Source: a virus (Duplodnaviria; Caudoviricetes). From it: DNA of 59,404 bases. The stretch covers positions 1 to 59,404 of the IMG/VR virus record IMGVR_UViG_3300010048_000011; one strand, written 5' to 3'. A program made the position numbers and the translations under genes. Below the pieces are notes generated by a model, which did no database searches, was not told where the DNA came from, and saw nothing but the letters and a program-made list of their open reading frames with translations. Of this stretch, positions 1 to 8,784 are shown piece by piece (within the stretch, counting starts at the first letter, position 1; every line of letters begins with the position of its first letter).

Positions 1-26
1 GTGATGGTCAAGGAGGTCGTCCAGGC

Positions 27-539
27 ATGAGTGTGCGCGTCTGGATTCGTCGCGAAGGCCGTGGCTGGGACGACTATCCGGCGCGGCGCTTTGAGTGGAT
101 GGTGGCGGCAACAGAGTGGGCAGACACTGTGGGGCCGCATTTTCTCGATACCTTGCGGGAAACGTGCCCAGTTAATCGACGAGAACACTTCGAGCACATC
201 GGTGTCGGTCGGCTGCGGCGTTCACTGCGCATGGAACGGCACACGACAGCGGAGGGTCTGCGCATGGAGTTCACCGCGAACACCCCGTATGCGAAGTTCG
301 TCGTCGGCGGTGTCGAGCCGCACGAGATGCGTAACCGAAACTTTCCCTATATGCACTGGTGGGACCGGCCCGTCTACGGGGAACAGTATTACAGCAAGTT
401 CGTCATTCACGGTAGCAACCACCCGCAGCAGCCCGATCCATTCCATGAGCGCGCGTTCGAGCGGGACAAAGAAATGATGATTGAGCAGTTCTTTGAGATC
501 ATCGGAGAACATCTGCGTCGAGCACTAGAAGAGGAGTAA
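27..539 (+). CDS. Neck/tail-completion protein (HK97 gp10-like)
   Basis: Size, position before the tail tube gene, and the 'CPV..GRLRRS..NTPYAKFV..G' and 'PDPFHERAF' pattern typical of gp10-like proteins. Confidence 0.6.
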   Translation: MSVRVWIRREGRGWDDYPARRFEWMVAATEWADTVGPHFLDTLRETCPVNRREHFEHIGVGRLRRSLRMERHTTAEGLRMEFTANTPYAKFVVGGVEPHEMRNRNFPYMHWWDRPVYGEQYYSKFVIHGSNHPQQPDPFHERAFERDKEMMIEQFFEIIGEHLRRALEEE

Positions 540-541
540 CT

Positions 542-751
542 ATGCGCGGTCGCTATGTCGGTTCTATTGCAGTGACTTTTGACCCGCCGGTTGGCGCCGT
601 GCGTCCAGGTGATGTTTTTGACCTTCCTGCGGGACGTGAGAAGTCATTTCTTCAGCACGGGCACATCGAGCCGGCTGACAAGGCTGCCAAGGATTTCTTA
701 AATAAGGGCGCCACGCCCATTGACCCCGAGCCGGATAGCTCGACGGACTAG
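542..751 (+). CDS. Small virion-associated hypothetical protein
   Basis: GAGGAG RBS and ATG; tightly packed in the tail operon. Confidence 0.6.
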   Translation: MRGRYVGSIAVTFDPPVGAVRPGDVFDLPAGREKSFLQHGHIEPADKAAKDFLNKGATPIDPEPDSSTD

Positions 752-758
752 GAGGTTT

Positions 759-1736
759 CTGACTTTCTCCACGATTACCGAGCGTCCTGGCTCTCTTAGT
801 GCTGTCGGCGTGGCGCCTGAAGTCACGTTTGGCACGCCGGTCGCGGCAACGAATTTCTTGCCGGACATGAGCTGCAACATCGAGCCTGATCCGGGCTGGT
901 TCTCGCCGGGCGTGATGCAGGGCGTTCGCGACAAGCAGATTTACAATATGTATGGCGAGGCCAAGTTCACTGGCCCTATTGAGGGACCGGTCTTCCCGTC
1001 GATGGGTATTCCTATTCTCGCGGCAGCAGTCGGCACGGACGTCGTCACCGGCACCACGGCGCCGTACACGCACACCATTTCTCAGGCGAACACACTCAAA
1101 TCGTTGACGGTCGAAAAGAACATCGGCGGTTTTCAGTCCCTCCAATTCGCCGGTTGTCGTGTCGGCAAATTGACGCTGAAGTGTCCGACCGGCGACCAGG
1201 CCGCCACAATGACGGCGGATATCACCGGGCGAGCAGTAGCGGTACTGGACTCTCCTACGGCCATCAGTACGGTCAACGAAAGCCCATATCAGTTCGCCGA
1301 GGGCACGCTGACAGCGTTCACGAATATCCGTGCCGAAGCCACCAACATCAGCATCGACATCGACAACGGCCTCAAGAGTACCTACACGTTCTCCGGCCAG
1401 CACGGACCGAACTTCATCACCCCGGTAACGCTGACCGTGAACGGCTCTTTTGATGTGGTGTGGGACAGCCTTGACGACAGCACCTATGGCGACTTTACCA
1501 AGATGGAGAACGGAACGCTCGGCGCGCTGAATTTCACCCTCGCACACGCCACAGCACCGAATTATTCCGTCGCCATCACCTGTCCGCAGATCGTCATCAA
1601 CAAATACAAGAACGACCTGAAGCTGACAGACGTCGTCATGTCCACGCTGAACTTTGAGGCAACCAGGCCGCTGACCGGCGGTTCGCAGTACACCATTCAG
1701 GCCGTCGTCACCAACGGCATCTCCGCAGCCTACTAA
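759..1736 (+). CDS. Major tail tube protein (probable CTG start)
   Basis: Thr/Gly-rich beta protein with 'VGVAPEVTFGTP' and 'SLTVEK' just before the chaperone and tape measure genes; AGGAGG-TTT-CTG at 750-761. Confidence 0.8.
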   Translation: MTFSTITERPGSLSAVGVAPEVTFGTPVAATNFLPDMSCNIEPDPGWFSPGVMQGVRDKQIYNMYGEAKFTGPIEGPVFPSMGIPILAAAVGTDVVTGTTAPYTHTISQANTLKSLTVEKNIGGFQSLQFAGCRVGKLTLKCPTGDQAATMTADITGRAVAVLDSPTAISTVNESPYQFAEGTLTAFTNIRAEATNISIDIDNGLKSTYTFSGQHGPNFITPVTLTVNGSFDVVWDSLDDSTYGDFTKMENGTLGALNFTLAHATAPNYSVAITCPQIVINKYKNDLKLTDVVMSTLNFEATRPLTGGSQYTIQAVVTNGISAAY

Positions 1737-1752
1737 ACACACCAAGGGGTTT

Positions 1753-2238
1753 ATGGCCTTTCTCGACCATTTCATTGAGACAGAACAGATCTCCATCGGC
1801 AATGGCTACTGGATCGAGATCAAGACCACTTTGACGCACGACGAGAAGGAACGCGCCGACCGCCACATGCAGAAGATTGACGCCACTGTGGACGAACGGG
1901 GAAAAATGCACGGCGTCGTGTCACCTGACTATGCGAGCTATCGGCGTGCCTTGGTCGCGGCCAGCATCGTCGCATGGAATCTGGACGAGGCAGACGGAAC
2001 TAAGTGGGCACTGAGCCCGGACTCCGCGCGACACCGCAACATCGGCCGGTTGCCAGAGCACGTGTTCGAAGCCGTGTATCGACGGGTCGACGAGGTCAAC
2101 AAGCTCGATCCGCTGGCAGACCGCAGCTTTCGTACTGAGTTTGTCGGCAGCGCTGAGGATGGGGTCACCGGGACCGCCGACCTTGCAGAAATACCTGTGG
2201 GAGACGGCGCTGTGGAAGCGCTTGGGAATACCGGCTGA
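1753..2238 (+). CDS. Tail assembly chaperone (G)
   Basis: Lies between the tail tube and tape measure genes; 'IVAWNL' motif. Confidence 0.75.
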   Translation: MAFLDHFIETEQISIGNGYWIEIKTTLTHDEKERADRHMQKIDATVDERGKMHGVVSPDYASYRRALVAASIVAWNLDEADGTKWALSPDSARHRNIGRLPEHVFEAVYRRVDEVNKLDPLADRSFRTEFVGSAEDGVTGTADLAEIPVGDGAVEALGNTG

Positions 2239-2332
2239 GCCGCTCAGTAGCCGTCCATGGCGGGAAGCCCGCGAGTACCAAATGATCATCCAGGCCATAG
2301 ACCGCGAGGAGGCTTCTGGCTACAACCGCTGA
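2129..2332 (+). CDS. Tail assembly chaperone C-terminal extension (T), probably reached by a +1 frameshift
   Basis: The +1 frame is open from TTT-CGT (2128-2133) and encodes 'LQKYLWETALWKRLGIP..PWREAREY'. Confidence 0.55.
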   Translation, partial: FVLSLSAALRMGSPGPPTLQKYLWETALWKRLGIPAEPLSSRPWREAREYQMIIQAIDREEASGYNR

Positions 2333-4862
2333 GGCGCTGCTGCTCGCGATCTTGGAAGCGGAAAACCGTACCGATGAGGCTTTCGAGGCCGCCATCGCGA
2401 ACGTAGAGGCATACAAGGAAGCATGCGACAGCGCGGCCGGTGAGGTCGAGGGCGCGACCGACCGTATGGACGAGGCGTGGGACCGCTCGACCGAAGACGC
2501 CGACAACCGTCTAGGTGAGGCAGACGACCACATCCGGAATTTCGCCGATGACGCCGTTGTCGACCTGGACCGGATACAAACCGAGGCCGATCGCACGGCC
2601 GACCATTTCGACGACATGGACGAGCACACGTCGAGCGCCATTGACGACATCAATCAACGGCTACATGAATATAGAGACGGCGTAAGCGATTCTAGTGGCG
2701 CTACCGAAGAACTGCGCCAGCGCATGGAAGCCTGGGATGAAGAGGCTAAGCATGCCGGAGAAACCGTCGAAGATACCCGCGAACACATTCACAACATGGA
2801 CGAAGACGTCGGCCGCGTCAGTGGCGACTTCGATCGGCTGTCCGAATCCATAGATCGCAGTAACGGACATCTAACGGCGATCCGGAATCAACTCGCAGTC
2901 GTTGGCCAAGCGACGGATCTCTTCGTTGCTGATCTGATGCGCGGCGCGGAGAGCGTCGACAAGGAAGGCGAGGAAGCCGAGAAAACCGGCAAGAAGCTGG
3001 ACAACCTCACGAACTCCACCAACAAGGCAACCAAGTCAGGCAAGGGTCTTCATGGTCAGGCGATGCTCATTACGGCCGCACTCATCGCGTTCGCTGGCCC
3101 TATCGGTGGTCTGCTGACGCTTGGCATCCCCGCATTCTTCGGGGCGCTGGGTGCCGGAGCTGAAGCCGTCCACACCAAGTACGCGCAAATGATCGCTAGC
3201 GGCCAGAAGCTGACGGCGACACAGCGCGCACTGTACGACGCGTCCATTCCGCTCGTGAATGGCTTCGCCGTGGTCAAGAACGCGGCCGATGGAGTCATTC
3301 AGCAATTCGCGCACATGATCACTAAGGAAGCGCCGGAGCTGCGGGAGGCATTCGACGCTTTGGCCCCTGAGGTGCAAATTCTCGGTGGCGGACTGATTGG
3401 CTTCACACGGATTCTGATCAGCGGATTAGCTCCTGCCGTCGCGACGGTGCAACCGGTGGTAGCCGCTTTCGCCAGCGGGTTGAAACAACTGGCGTCCGAT
3501 CTCGTCGCGCTGCTCACGCACATTCGAATCGACGAAGCGGTGCAGGGCATCCAGGCATTGTTTAGAGTGTTGTCTGCGGTTCTCGGTATCATCAGTGCAC
3601 TGCTCGACGCGCTCATGCCGATCTCAAATATGTTCCTGAATGCGGCTTCCTCGATCATCGTCGTTGTATCGGCGCTAGTTCGCGATCTGGCGCCCGCACT
3701 GTCGTCCGTGGGTGAGTTGTTCGCGCCTTTGGCCAAAATGATCAACGCTGTGCTATTGGCACTGACCCCCCTGATTACGGCAGTCAATGGCGCCGCGAAC
3801 CAATTGGCTGGTTTGCTGGTCCCGATTTTGAATAAGATGACGCCGCTGATCGGAAAATTGTCCAACGAAATCGCAAAAGTCCTGGTTCAGGCGCTCAACT
3901 CGACGATGGAAGTTCTGACACCATTGCTTCCTGTCCTGGGCGATCTGGCCGATCAGATTCTGCAAGCCTTAATCCAAATGCTTCAGGCGGCGGCCCCTGC
4001 TTTCGATTCCGTCGTTAAAGCGATAGGTGAATTGGCGCCTACCCTGCCTGGTCTGGTGACCGACGTGACCGATCTGGTCAAGTCGGTCGCCCCCGTGATC
4101 GTCGAATTTATCAAATTCGCGGCCACCGTGACCGAAGCTGTCATGCCCGCAGTCGTCGCGATCGTTGGTTTCTTGATCAAATTCTTTGGCCCGGCGTTCG
4201 ATGCCGCAGGTCACATTATCTCAGATTTCGCGCGCGATGGCAAAGAATTCATTCAGGGCTTCATTCAGTTCGCGGTCTGTCTTTTCAATCTCTTGAAAGA
4301 CTGGTTCTCCGGAAACTGGGGAAATCTCTGGAATGACGCCTGGGTTGTCCTTCAGGGCTTCGGAAAAATGTTCATGGGAATTGTTCGACAGTTCGTCCAG
4401 ATCGGCGTCGATATTGTTCAGGGCCTATGGCAAGGAATCCAGCAAGCCTCCAGTTGGTTCATGTCCAAGATCGGCGGACTGGGCAATCAAATCGTCAATG
4501 CTTTTCAAGGTGTGCTTCACATCTTCTCACCTTCGCAAGTCATGGCTGATAAAGTGGGTCAGTACATTCCAGCCGGTATCGCTCAAGGAATGCTAGCCAA
4601 CGCGCACCTCGTTACCAACGCGGCTCGCGCTGTGGCAAATCAAGCGGTTGTCGGTGCGCAGATCGGTGCGTCGGTCGGTGTGGGGCTCGGTCTCAACGCG
4701 ACGAACTCCTGGTCTAGCAACGAAAACAATGGCAGGCCGATCCAATTCCTGATGCAAGGCAACCAGCTTATGAGCGATAGGGACATGCAAGTTTTTGTCG
4801 ACAAGATGGGGCCAACGCTGGTCAACATGTTGCAACGTGCTGGCGTGAATATCCGGAAATAG
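2316..4862 (+). CDS. Tape measure protein (probable CTG start)
   Basis: ~848-aa Ala/Leu-rich helical protein with periodic Pro and Trp/Phe and C-terminal 'IFSPSQVM..VG..IPAGIAQG'; AGGAGG-CTT-CTG gives MATTAEALLLAILEAENR. Confidence 0.9.
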   Translation: MATTAEALLLAILEAENRTDEAFEAAIANVEAYKEACDSAAGEVEGATDRMDEAWDRSTEDADNRLGEADDHIRNFADDAVVDLDRIQTEADRTADHFDDMDEHTSSAIDDINQRLHEYRDGVSDSSGATEELRQRMEAWDEEAKHAGETVEDTREHIHNMDEDVGRVSGDFDRLSESIDRSNGHLTAIRNQLAVVGQATDLFVADLMRGAESVDKEGEEAEKTGKKLDNLTNSTNKATKSGKGLHGQAMLITAALIAFAGPIGGLLTLGIPAFFGALGAGAEAVHTKYAQMIASGQKLTATQRALYDASIPLVNGFAVVKNAADGVIQQFAHMITKEAPELREAFDALAPEVQILGGGLIGFTRILISGLAPAVATVQPVVAAFASGLKQLASDLVALLTHIRIDEAVQGIQALFRVLSAVLGIISALLDALMPISNMFLNAASSIIVVVSALVRDLAPALSSVGELFAPLAKMINAVLLALTPLITAVNGAANQLAGLLVPILNKMTPLIGKLSNEIAKVLVQALNSTMEVLTPLLPVLGDLADQILQALIQMLQAAAPAFDSVVKAIGELAPTLPGLVTDVTDLVKSVAPVIVEFIKFAATVTEAVMPAVVAIVGFLIKFFGPAFDAAGHIISDFARDGKEFIQGFIQFAVCLFNLLKDWFSGNWGNLWNDAWVVLQGFGKMFMGIVRQFVQIGVDIVQGLWQGIQQASSWFMSKIGGLGNQIVNAFQGVLHIFSPSQVMADKVGQYIPAGIAQGMLANAHLVTNAARAVANQAVVGAQIGASVGVGLGLNATNSWSSNENNGRPIQFLMQGNQLMSDRDMQVFVDKMGPTLVNMLQRAGVNIRK

Positions 4863-4869
4863 GAGGGCT

Positions 4870-6288
4870 GTGAGCGTACCGGCACTGCCGAACTTGACCT
4901 TCCTGATTCAGCCGCCCGGTGGCGCGCACGTCGACTTCACGGCGAACTTGGCTTACGACGGCATATATTCGCAGATGACGATTACGCAGAACTTTGGCAG
5001 GCAGGGTGATACCGCGACGTTTGTGTTGGTGGACGAGTACAACGGAACGCCTAACATCCTCATTATTCCCGTGTTCTCGCAGGTTACTCTCATCGATAAC
5101 AACCTCGGTACCACCCTGTTTGCCGGAGTCGTCAACGATCCGCAGTTGCAAGTGGACGGACCTACTCGTAATGAATGGGTACTCAACTGTACGGATTACA
5201 CTTACTATGCCGACAACTCGACTCCGGTCATCGGTCTCTTTGAGAACATGAACACACAGGACATTGTGGTGTCGCTGACGAATCAGGCTGACTGTGGCAT
5301 CAGCGCGGCGACGGTGTCTCGCGGCGGCTTCGTCGCTTCCGGCCCCAACCTGCCGTCCATCAACATCGGCTACCAATCGCTTAGCTCAGCCTGGAAACAA
5401 GTTGCGCAGCTAGCCGGTCAGGTGACGCCGTACGGTTGGTATGTCGACGAGAACCGGCACCTGCATTTCTATGATGCATCCACGGCCCTGTCTTCCGGCG
5501 TTACCTTTACGACAACGCCAACTGGCACCGGGCCCAGCACCACACAGGGACACATCACACCGGACAGCACGCAGGCGTATGAATGGGATGGCACAACAGT
5601 CCACAATCGCATCCTCGTCCAGGGCGCTGCGCAGAAGATTTTCATTAACGCCAAGGTGCAAGGACCGGTTGACACATTCCGAGGCGACGGTGTATCGACA
5701 GCCTTCCCGCTGCGCTTCACTTTCTCTGGTCTGGAAAAGCTCACCGTCAACAACGTGCTCGTCAATGAGATCAACGTCGTGCCACCCGGCTCACCGAACT
5801 CGGCGGGCACCGTTCCTAGTGCAAATTGGAACATCATTCAAAACAACATCAACGCATTCAGTCTGACGGCCAACGTGGCACCAAGGGCCGGTTCAGTAAT
5901 TCGCGTCTGGTACGACTATGACATTCCCATCGTCGTGCAGGTCAATGACATCCAGTCGCAAAGCGATTTCAACGGCCCTAACCGGGGCATCTTTGGCGAA
6001 TTCATCAGTGACACAACCCTAACCACGACGGCAATGGCCTTGGCTCGTGCCCAGCGGGAGCGGCAGGAATACGCGTTCCCCGTCGAGCGGTTCACCTTTA
6101 ACACCACGGAAGATTTCGTCGGTTGGGTTCGGTCTGGGTACACGTTCCAACTCGTCAACCAATTTGTACCGGACACGGAGCGCGGCAACGCATTGGGTAT
6201 CAACGACACGTTTCTGTGTATCCAGAACCGAATCACCTTTGGCAATGGCGGCTATCGCACGATGCAGATTACGGGGGTGCGCATCTAA
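4870..6288 (+). CDS. Minor tail / baseplate hub protein
   Basis: Follows the tape measure gene; beta-rich; 'WYVDENRHLHF' and 'NRILVQG'. Confidence 0.75.
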   Translation: MSVPALPNLTFLIQPPGGAHVDFTANLAYDGIYSQMTITQNFGRQGDTATFVLVDEYNGTPNILIIPVFSQVTLIDNNLGTTLFAGVVNDPQLQVDGPTRNEWVLNCTDYTYYADNSTPVIGLFENMNTQDIVVSLTNQADCGISAATVSRGGFVASGPNLPSINIGYQSLSSAWKQVAQLAGQVTPYGWYVDENRHLHFYDASTALSSGVTFTTTPTGTGPSTTQGHITPDSTQAYEWDGTTVHNRILVQGAAQKIFINAKVQGPVDTFRGDGVSTAFPLRFTFSGLEKLTVNNVLVNEINVVPPGSPNSAGTVPSANWNIIQNNINAFSLTANVAPRAGSVIRVWYDYDIPIVVQVNDIQSQSDFNGPNRGIFGEFISDTTLTTTAMALARAQRERQEYAFPVERFTFNTTEDFVGWVRSGYTFQLVNQFVPDTERGNALGINDTFLCIQNRITFGNGGYRTMQITGVRI

Positions 6289-6500
6289 TGAGTGGTGTAG
6301 TTCGACCGACGACACTTATCGACGTCTTGGCGACCATCAACCAGAACTCGCTTCCACCGGTACAGGCCGACGACACGACGGCGCAGGGAGTCTTTGTCGA
6401 GGCTGACGAGGCGATGACGCTGGCCGACTCCATGACGACGACTGTGGCGACACCAGCAGGCTGGGATGGGGGACTGTGGGGTTCGACCTGCTGGGGGTAG
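6288..6500 (+). CDS. Small minor tail protein
   Basis: TAATG coupling; C-terminal 'GWDGGLWGSTCWG' repeat typical of tail proteins. Confidence 0.6.
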   Translation: MSGVVRPTTLIDVLATINQNSLPPVQADDTTAQGVFVEADEAMTLADSMTTTVATPAGWDGGLWGSTCWG

Positions 6501-6507
6501 GAGGATA

Positions 6508-7059
6508 ATGGCCTTCTGTTCTACTTGCGGAATTCCTTTTAAGCCGATGCGGCGAGGAATGTGCGAGAACGACTATCGGCGGTGGCTAAGGTCAACAAGG
6601 CCAAAGAAGCCGAGAACACCAACTCCTATCTCACAAAGGCTGCTGTCGAAAATGGACAAGCACGGCCCTGTGTCTGATCGACGCCCGGATCTCGGTCCTT
6701 GCTGGGTGTGGATTGGATCATACGAGGGAACTGGCTATGGCAAGATTTGGGACAACGTGCGGCAGAAACTCATTCCCGCGCACCGTGCATCCTATGAGAC
6801 GTACGTCGGTGAAATCCCCGACGGCCACGAGGTTGATCATCTATGCTTTAACAAAGGATGCGTTAATCCGGATCACTTAGAGGCCGTTACTCCTGTCGTC
6901 AATGTGCAGCGGGCTGCGGCGTATCGGCAGTACGTAACTAAGACGCACTGTTCGAAGGGACACATATATGACGAGGCAAACACTCGGTACTACACGTGCC
7001 CCAGCGGGCGAACGTCCCGCTACTGCCGTGCGTGCGACCGAGGTCGGCGGCATCGCTGA
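6508..7059 (+). CDS. HNH homing endonuclease
   Basis: 'CWVWIG..GYG..AHRASY..DHLCFNKGCVNPDHL' plus flanking Zn-ribbon motifs; AGGAGG-ATA-ATG. Confidence 0.9.
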   Translation: MAFCSTCGIPFKPMRRGMCENDYRRWLRSTRPKKPRTPTPISQRLLSKMDKHGPVSDRRPDLGPCWVWIGSYEGTGYGKIWDNVRQKLIPAHRASYETYVGEIPDGHEVDHLCFNKGCVNPDHLEAVTPVVNVQRAAAYRQYVTKTHCSKGHIYDEANTRYYTCPSGRTSRYCRACDRGRRHR

Positions 7060-7567
7060 GGGCCTGAGTATCCGTGGACACCTGACGCTGACGGTGATGA
7101 ACGCCGACGGGTCCGAGGCCGATCGACGAGAAGGCGACAACGTCATCTGCACCAACGGTTATTCAGCGTTCGCTGCGGCCATGGTGTGGAGCGGTATCCA
7201 GGACCAGGCCACATCCATCGGCGTTACCGCGCCGACCTACCTCACGCCTCTGTGGGGAGCTGTGGGCACAGGCGCAGGCGTACCGGCCAAGAGCGACACG
7301 CAGCTTTTCACTGAGTACGCGCGGGAGCAGGTACAGGCAGGCGCGTCTAGCCCGGCGACCAGTTTGATTGCGGCACAAGCAACCTGGCTGTTTTTCTTTG
7401 CGCCGCCCGCGATCACCGTTGGTATCACCGAGGCTGGTGTTTTCGCGCTGGCTGACTCCGGTACCAACGACGGCACCCTGTTGGATCACTGGGCTTTTAG
7501 CCCGACGGTCACGGTGACGAACTTACAGAACTTAATCCTGCAAGTCTCTTTCGCGATGGGACCCTGA
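7052..7567 (+). CDS. Minor tail protein (start uncertain; ATC at 7052 or ATG at 6968)
   Basis: 'NVICTNG..AVGTG..SDTQL..ITEAGVF' is a tail-fibre/baseplate-type fold signature. Confidence 0.7.
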   Translation: MAEGLSIRGHLTLTVMNADGSEADRREGDNVICTNGYSAFAAAMVWSGIQDQATSIGVTAPTYLTPLWGAVGTGAGVPAKSDTQLFTEYAREQVQAGASSPATSLIAAQATWLFFFAPPAITVGITEAGVFALADSGTNDGTLLDHWAFSPTVTVTNLQNLILQVSFAMGP

Positions 7568-8298
7568 TGGCGACGCCTTCATGGCTGGCCGCGACCTCGG
7601 GGCAACCGACGCAGGCAGGCCAAGTTAATCAATTCCTCGGTACGCACAACGCGACGATCGTCTTTACCGGCGCGACGCAGGCACAGCAGACCACAGCAGG
7701 ATCAGGATCGGTCAGCAGCCTCGGAACCTATATCGCGCAGTCTTTTCAGACCACCGGGGCACAGACCACTATAGGTAGAGTCAGTCTGACATTGTCCAAG
7801 ACTGGCACCCCGCCACCGATCACACTCTCCATCCAGGCCAACAACTCTGGTGCGCCGTCAGGTACTCCGCTGGTAACAACGCTACTGCCACAGGACTTCC
7901 TCGGTACGTCGAGTGCGAACTTCTCAATCCCGATCCCCATCACCGGCCTGACACCGTCCACTACGTATTGGATCGTGCTGAACGCGCAAGGCACTAGCGG
8001 CAACATATTCTCGTGGTTCAAGAGCAATCAGACCTCGGGGTGCTCGACGAGTACCAACGGCACATCGTGGTCGGCACAGACGTTTGGCTTGCTGTATCAG
8101 GTAGTTGACAATTCCGCGGTGATCCCTTTCGCGCACACGTGGGAGGATTCCGGTGTCCGCTGGACGATTCTGGGTTACAACGTTTCTGGTCAGTTGGTCA
8201 CGGTCGCGGAGTACAACCAGGGTCAGACGGCGACAGGCTACCTGCTGTCCGTGCGCAGCCTGTCCTATACCAACGGCATTCTGTCGAGCGTCGCTTAG
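7567..8298 (+). CDS. Minor tail protein
   Basis: Ser/Thr/Gly-rich beta protein; 'AQSFQT..LTPSTTYWIVL'. Confidence 0.75.
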   Translation: MATPSWLAATSGQPTQAGQVNQFLGTHNATIVFTGATQAQQTTAGSGSVSSLGTYIAQSFQTTGAQTTIGRVSLTLSKTGTPPPITLSIQANNSGAPSGTPLVTTLLPQDFLGTSSANFSIPIPITGLTPSTTYWIVLNAQGTSGNIFSWFKSNQTSGCSTSTNGTSWSAQTFGLLYQVVDNSAVIPFAHTWEDSGVRWTILGYNVSGQLVTVAEYNQGQTATGYLLSVRSLSYTNGILSSVA

Positions 8299-8304
8299 GA
8301 GTCG

Positions 8305-8784
8305 ATGGCCAGTACCTATGAAGTAATCCTTTTGGCGCAGACGAATTTCACGCTGAACGCGCCGGAGTGCATCGCGACTCTTGCCGGGACACAGAACGCC
8401 GCGACGAGTGCACTGACGGCCGTCGCGCTCGATACAGACGTTTTTGATCCGTACAACATGCACTCGACCGTCACCAACAACACCAGAATCACTCCAACAG
8501 TATCCGGTAGGTATGAAATCTTCGGCCTGGCCCAGTTCGCAGCGAACGCAACCGGCGGCCGGGAAGCATTCGCACGGCTCAACGGGACCACCACGATCCC
8601 GCTGTCTCTGTCCGATGTGGGCAACGCTGGATCGACTTTCCCGACTGGCGTGCCACTAACCGGCGTTGCTCAGTTTTTCAACGGCACTACCGATTATGTG
8701 GAACTCGTGGTGAATCAGAACTCTGGTGGAACGTTGAACGTGTCTGGCTCTGGTCTCCGCGTGAGGTGGGTGAGGTACACCTAA
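8305..8784 (+). CDS. Minor tail protein (C1q/TNF-like beta sandwich)
   Basis: 'NNTRITPTVSGRYEI..DYVELVVNQNSG' typical of actinophage tail-tip proteins. Confidence 0.7.
   Translation: MASTYEVILLAQTNFTLNAPECIATLAGTQNAATSALTAVALDTDVFDPYNMHSTVTNNTRITPTVSGRYEIFGLAQFAANATGGREAFARLNGTTTIPLSLSDVGNAGSTFPTGVPLTGVAQFFNGTTDYVELVVNQNSGGTLNVSGSGLRVRWVRYT

Noticed and set aside
564-1802. Long antisense ORFs (also 29468-30439, 18355-19200, 24885-25691 and others)
   Set aside because: Shadow frames of high-GC genes, with no RBS or recognisable motifs
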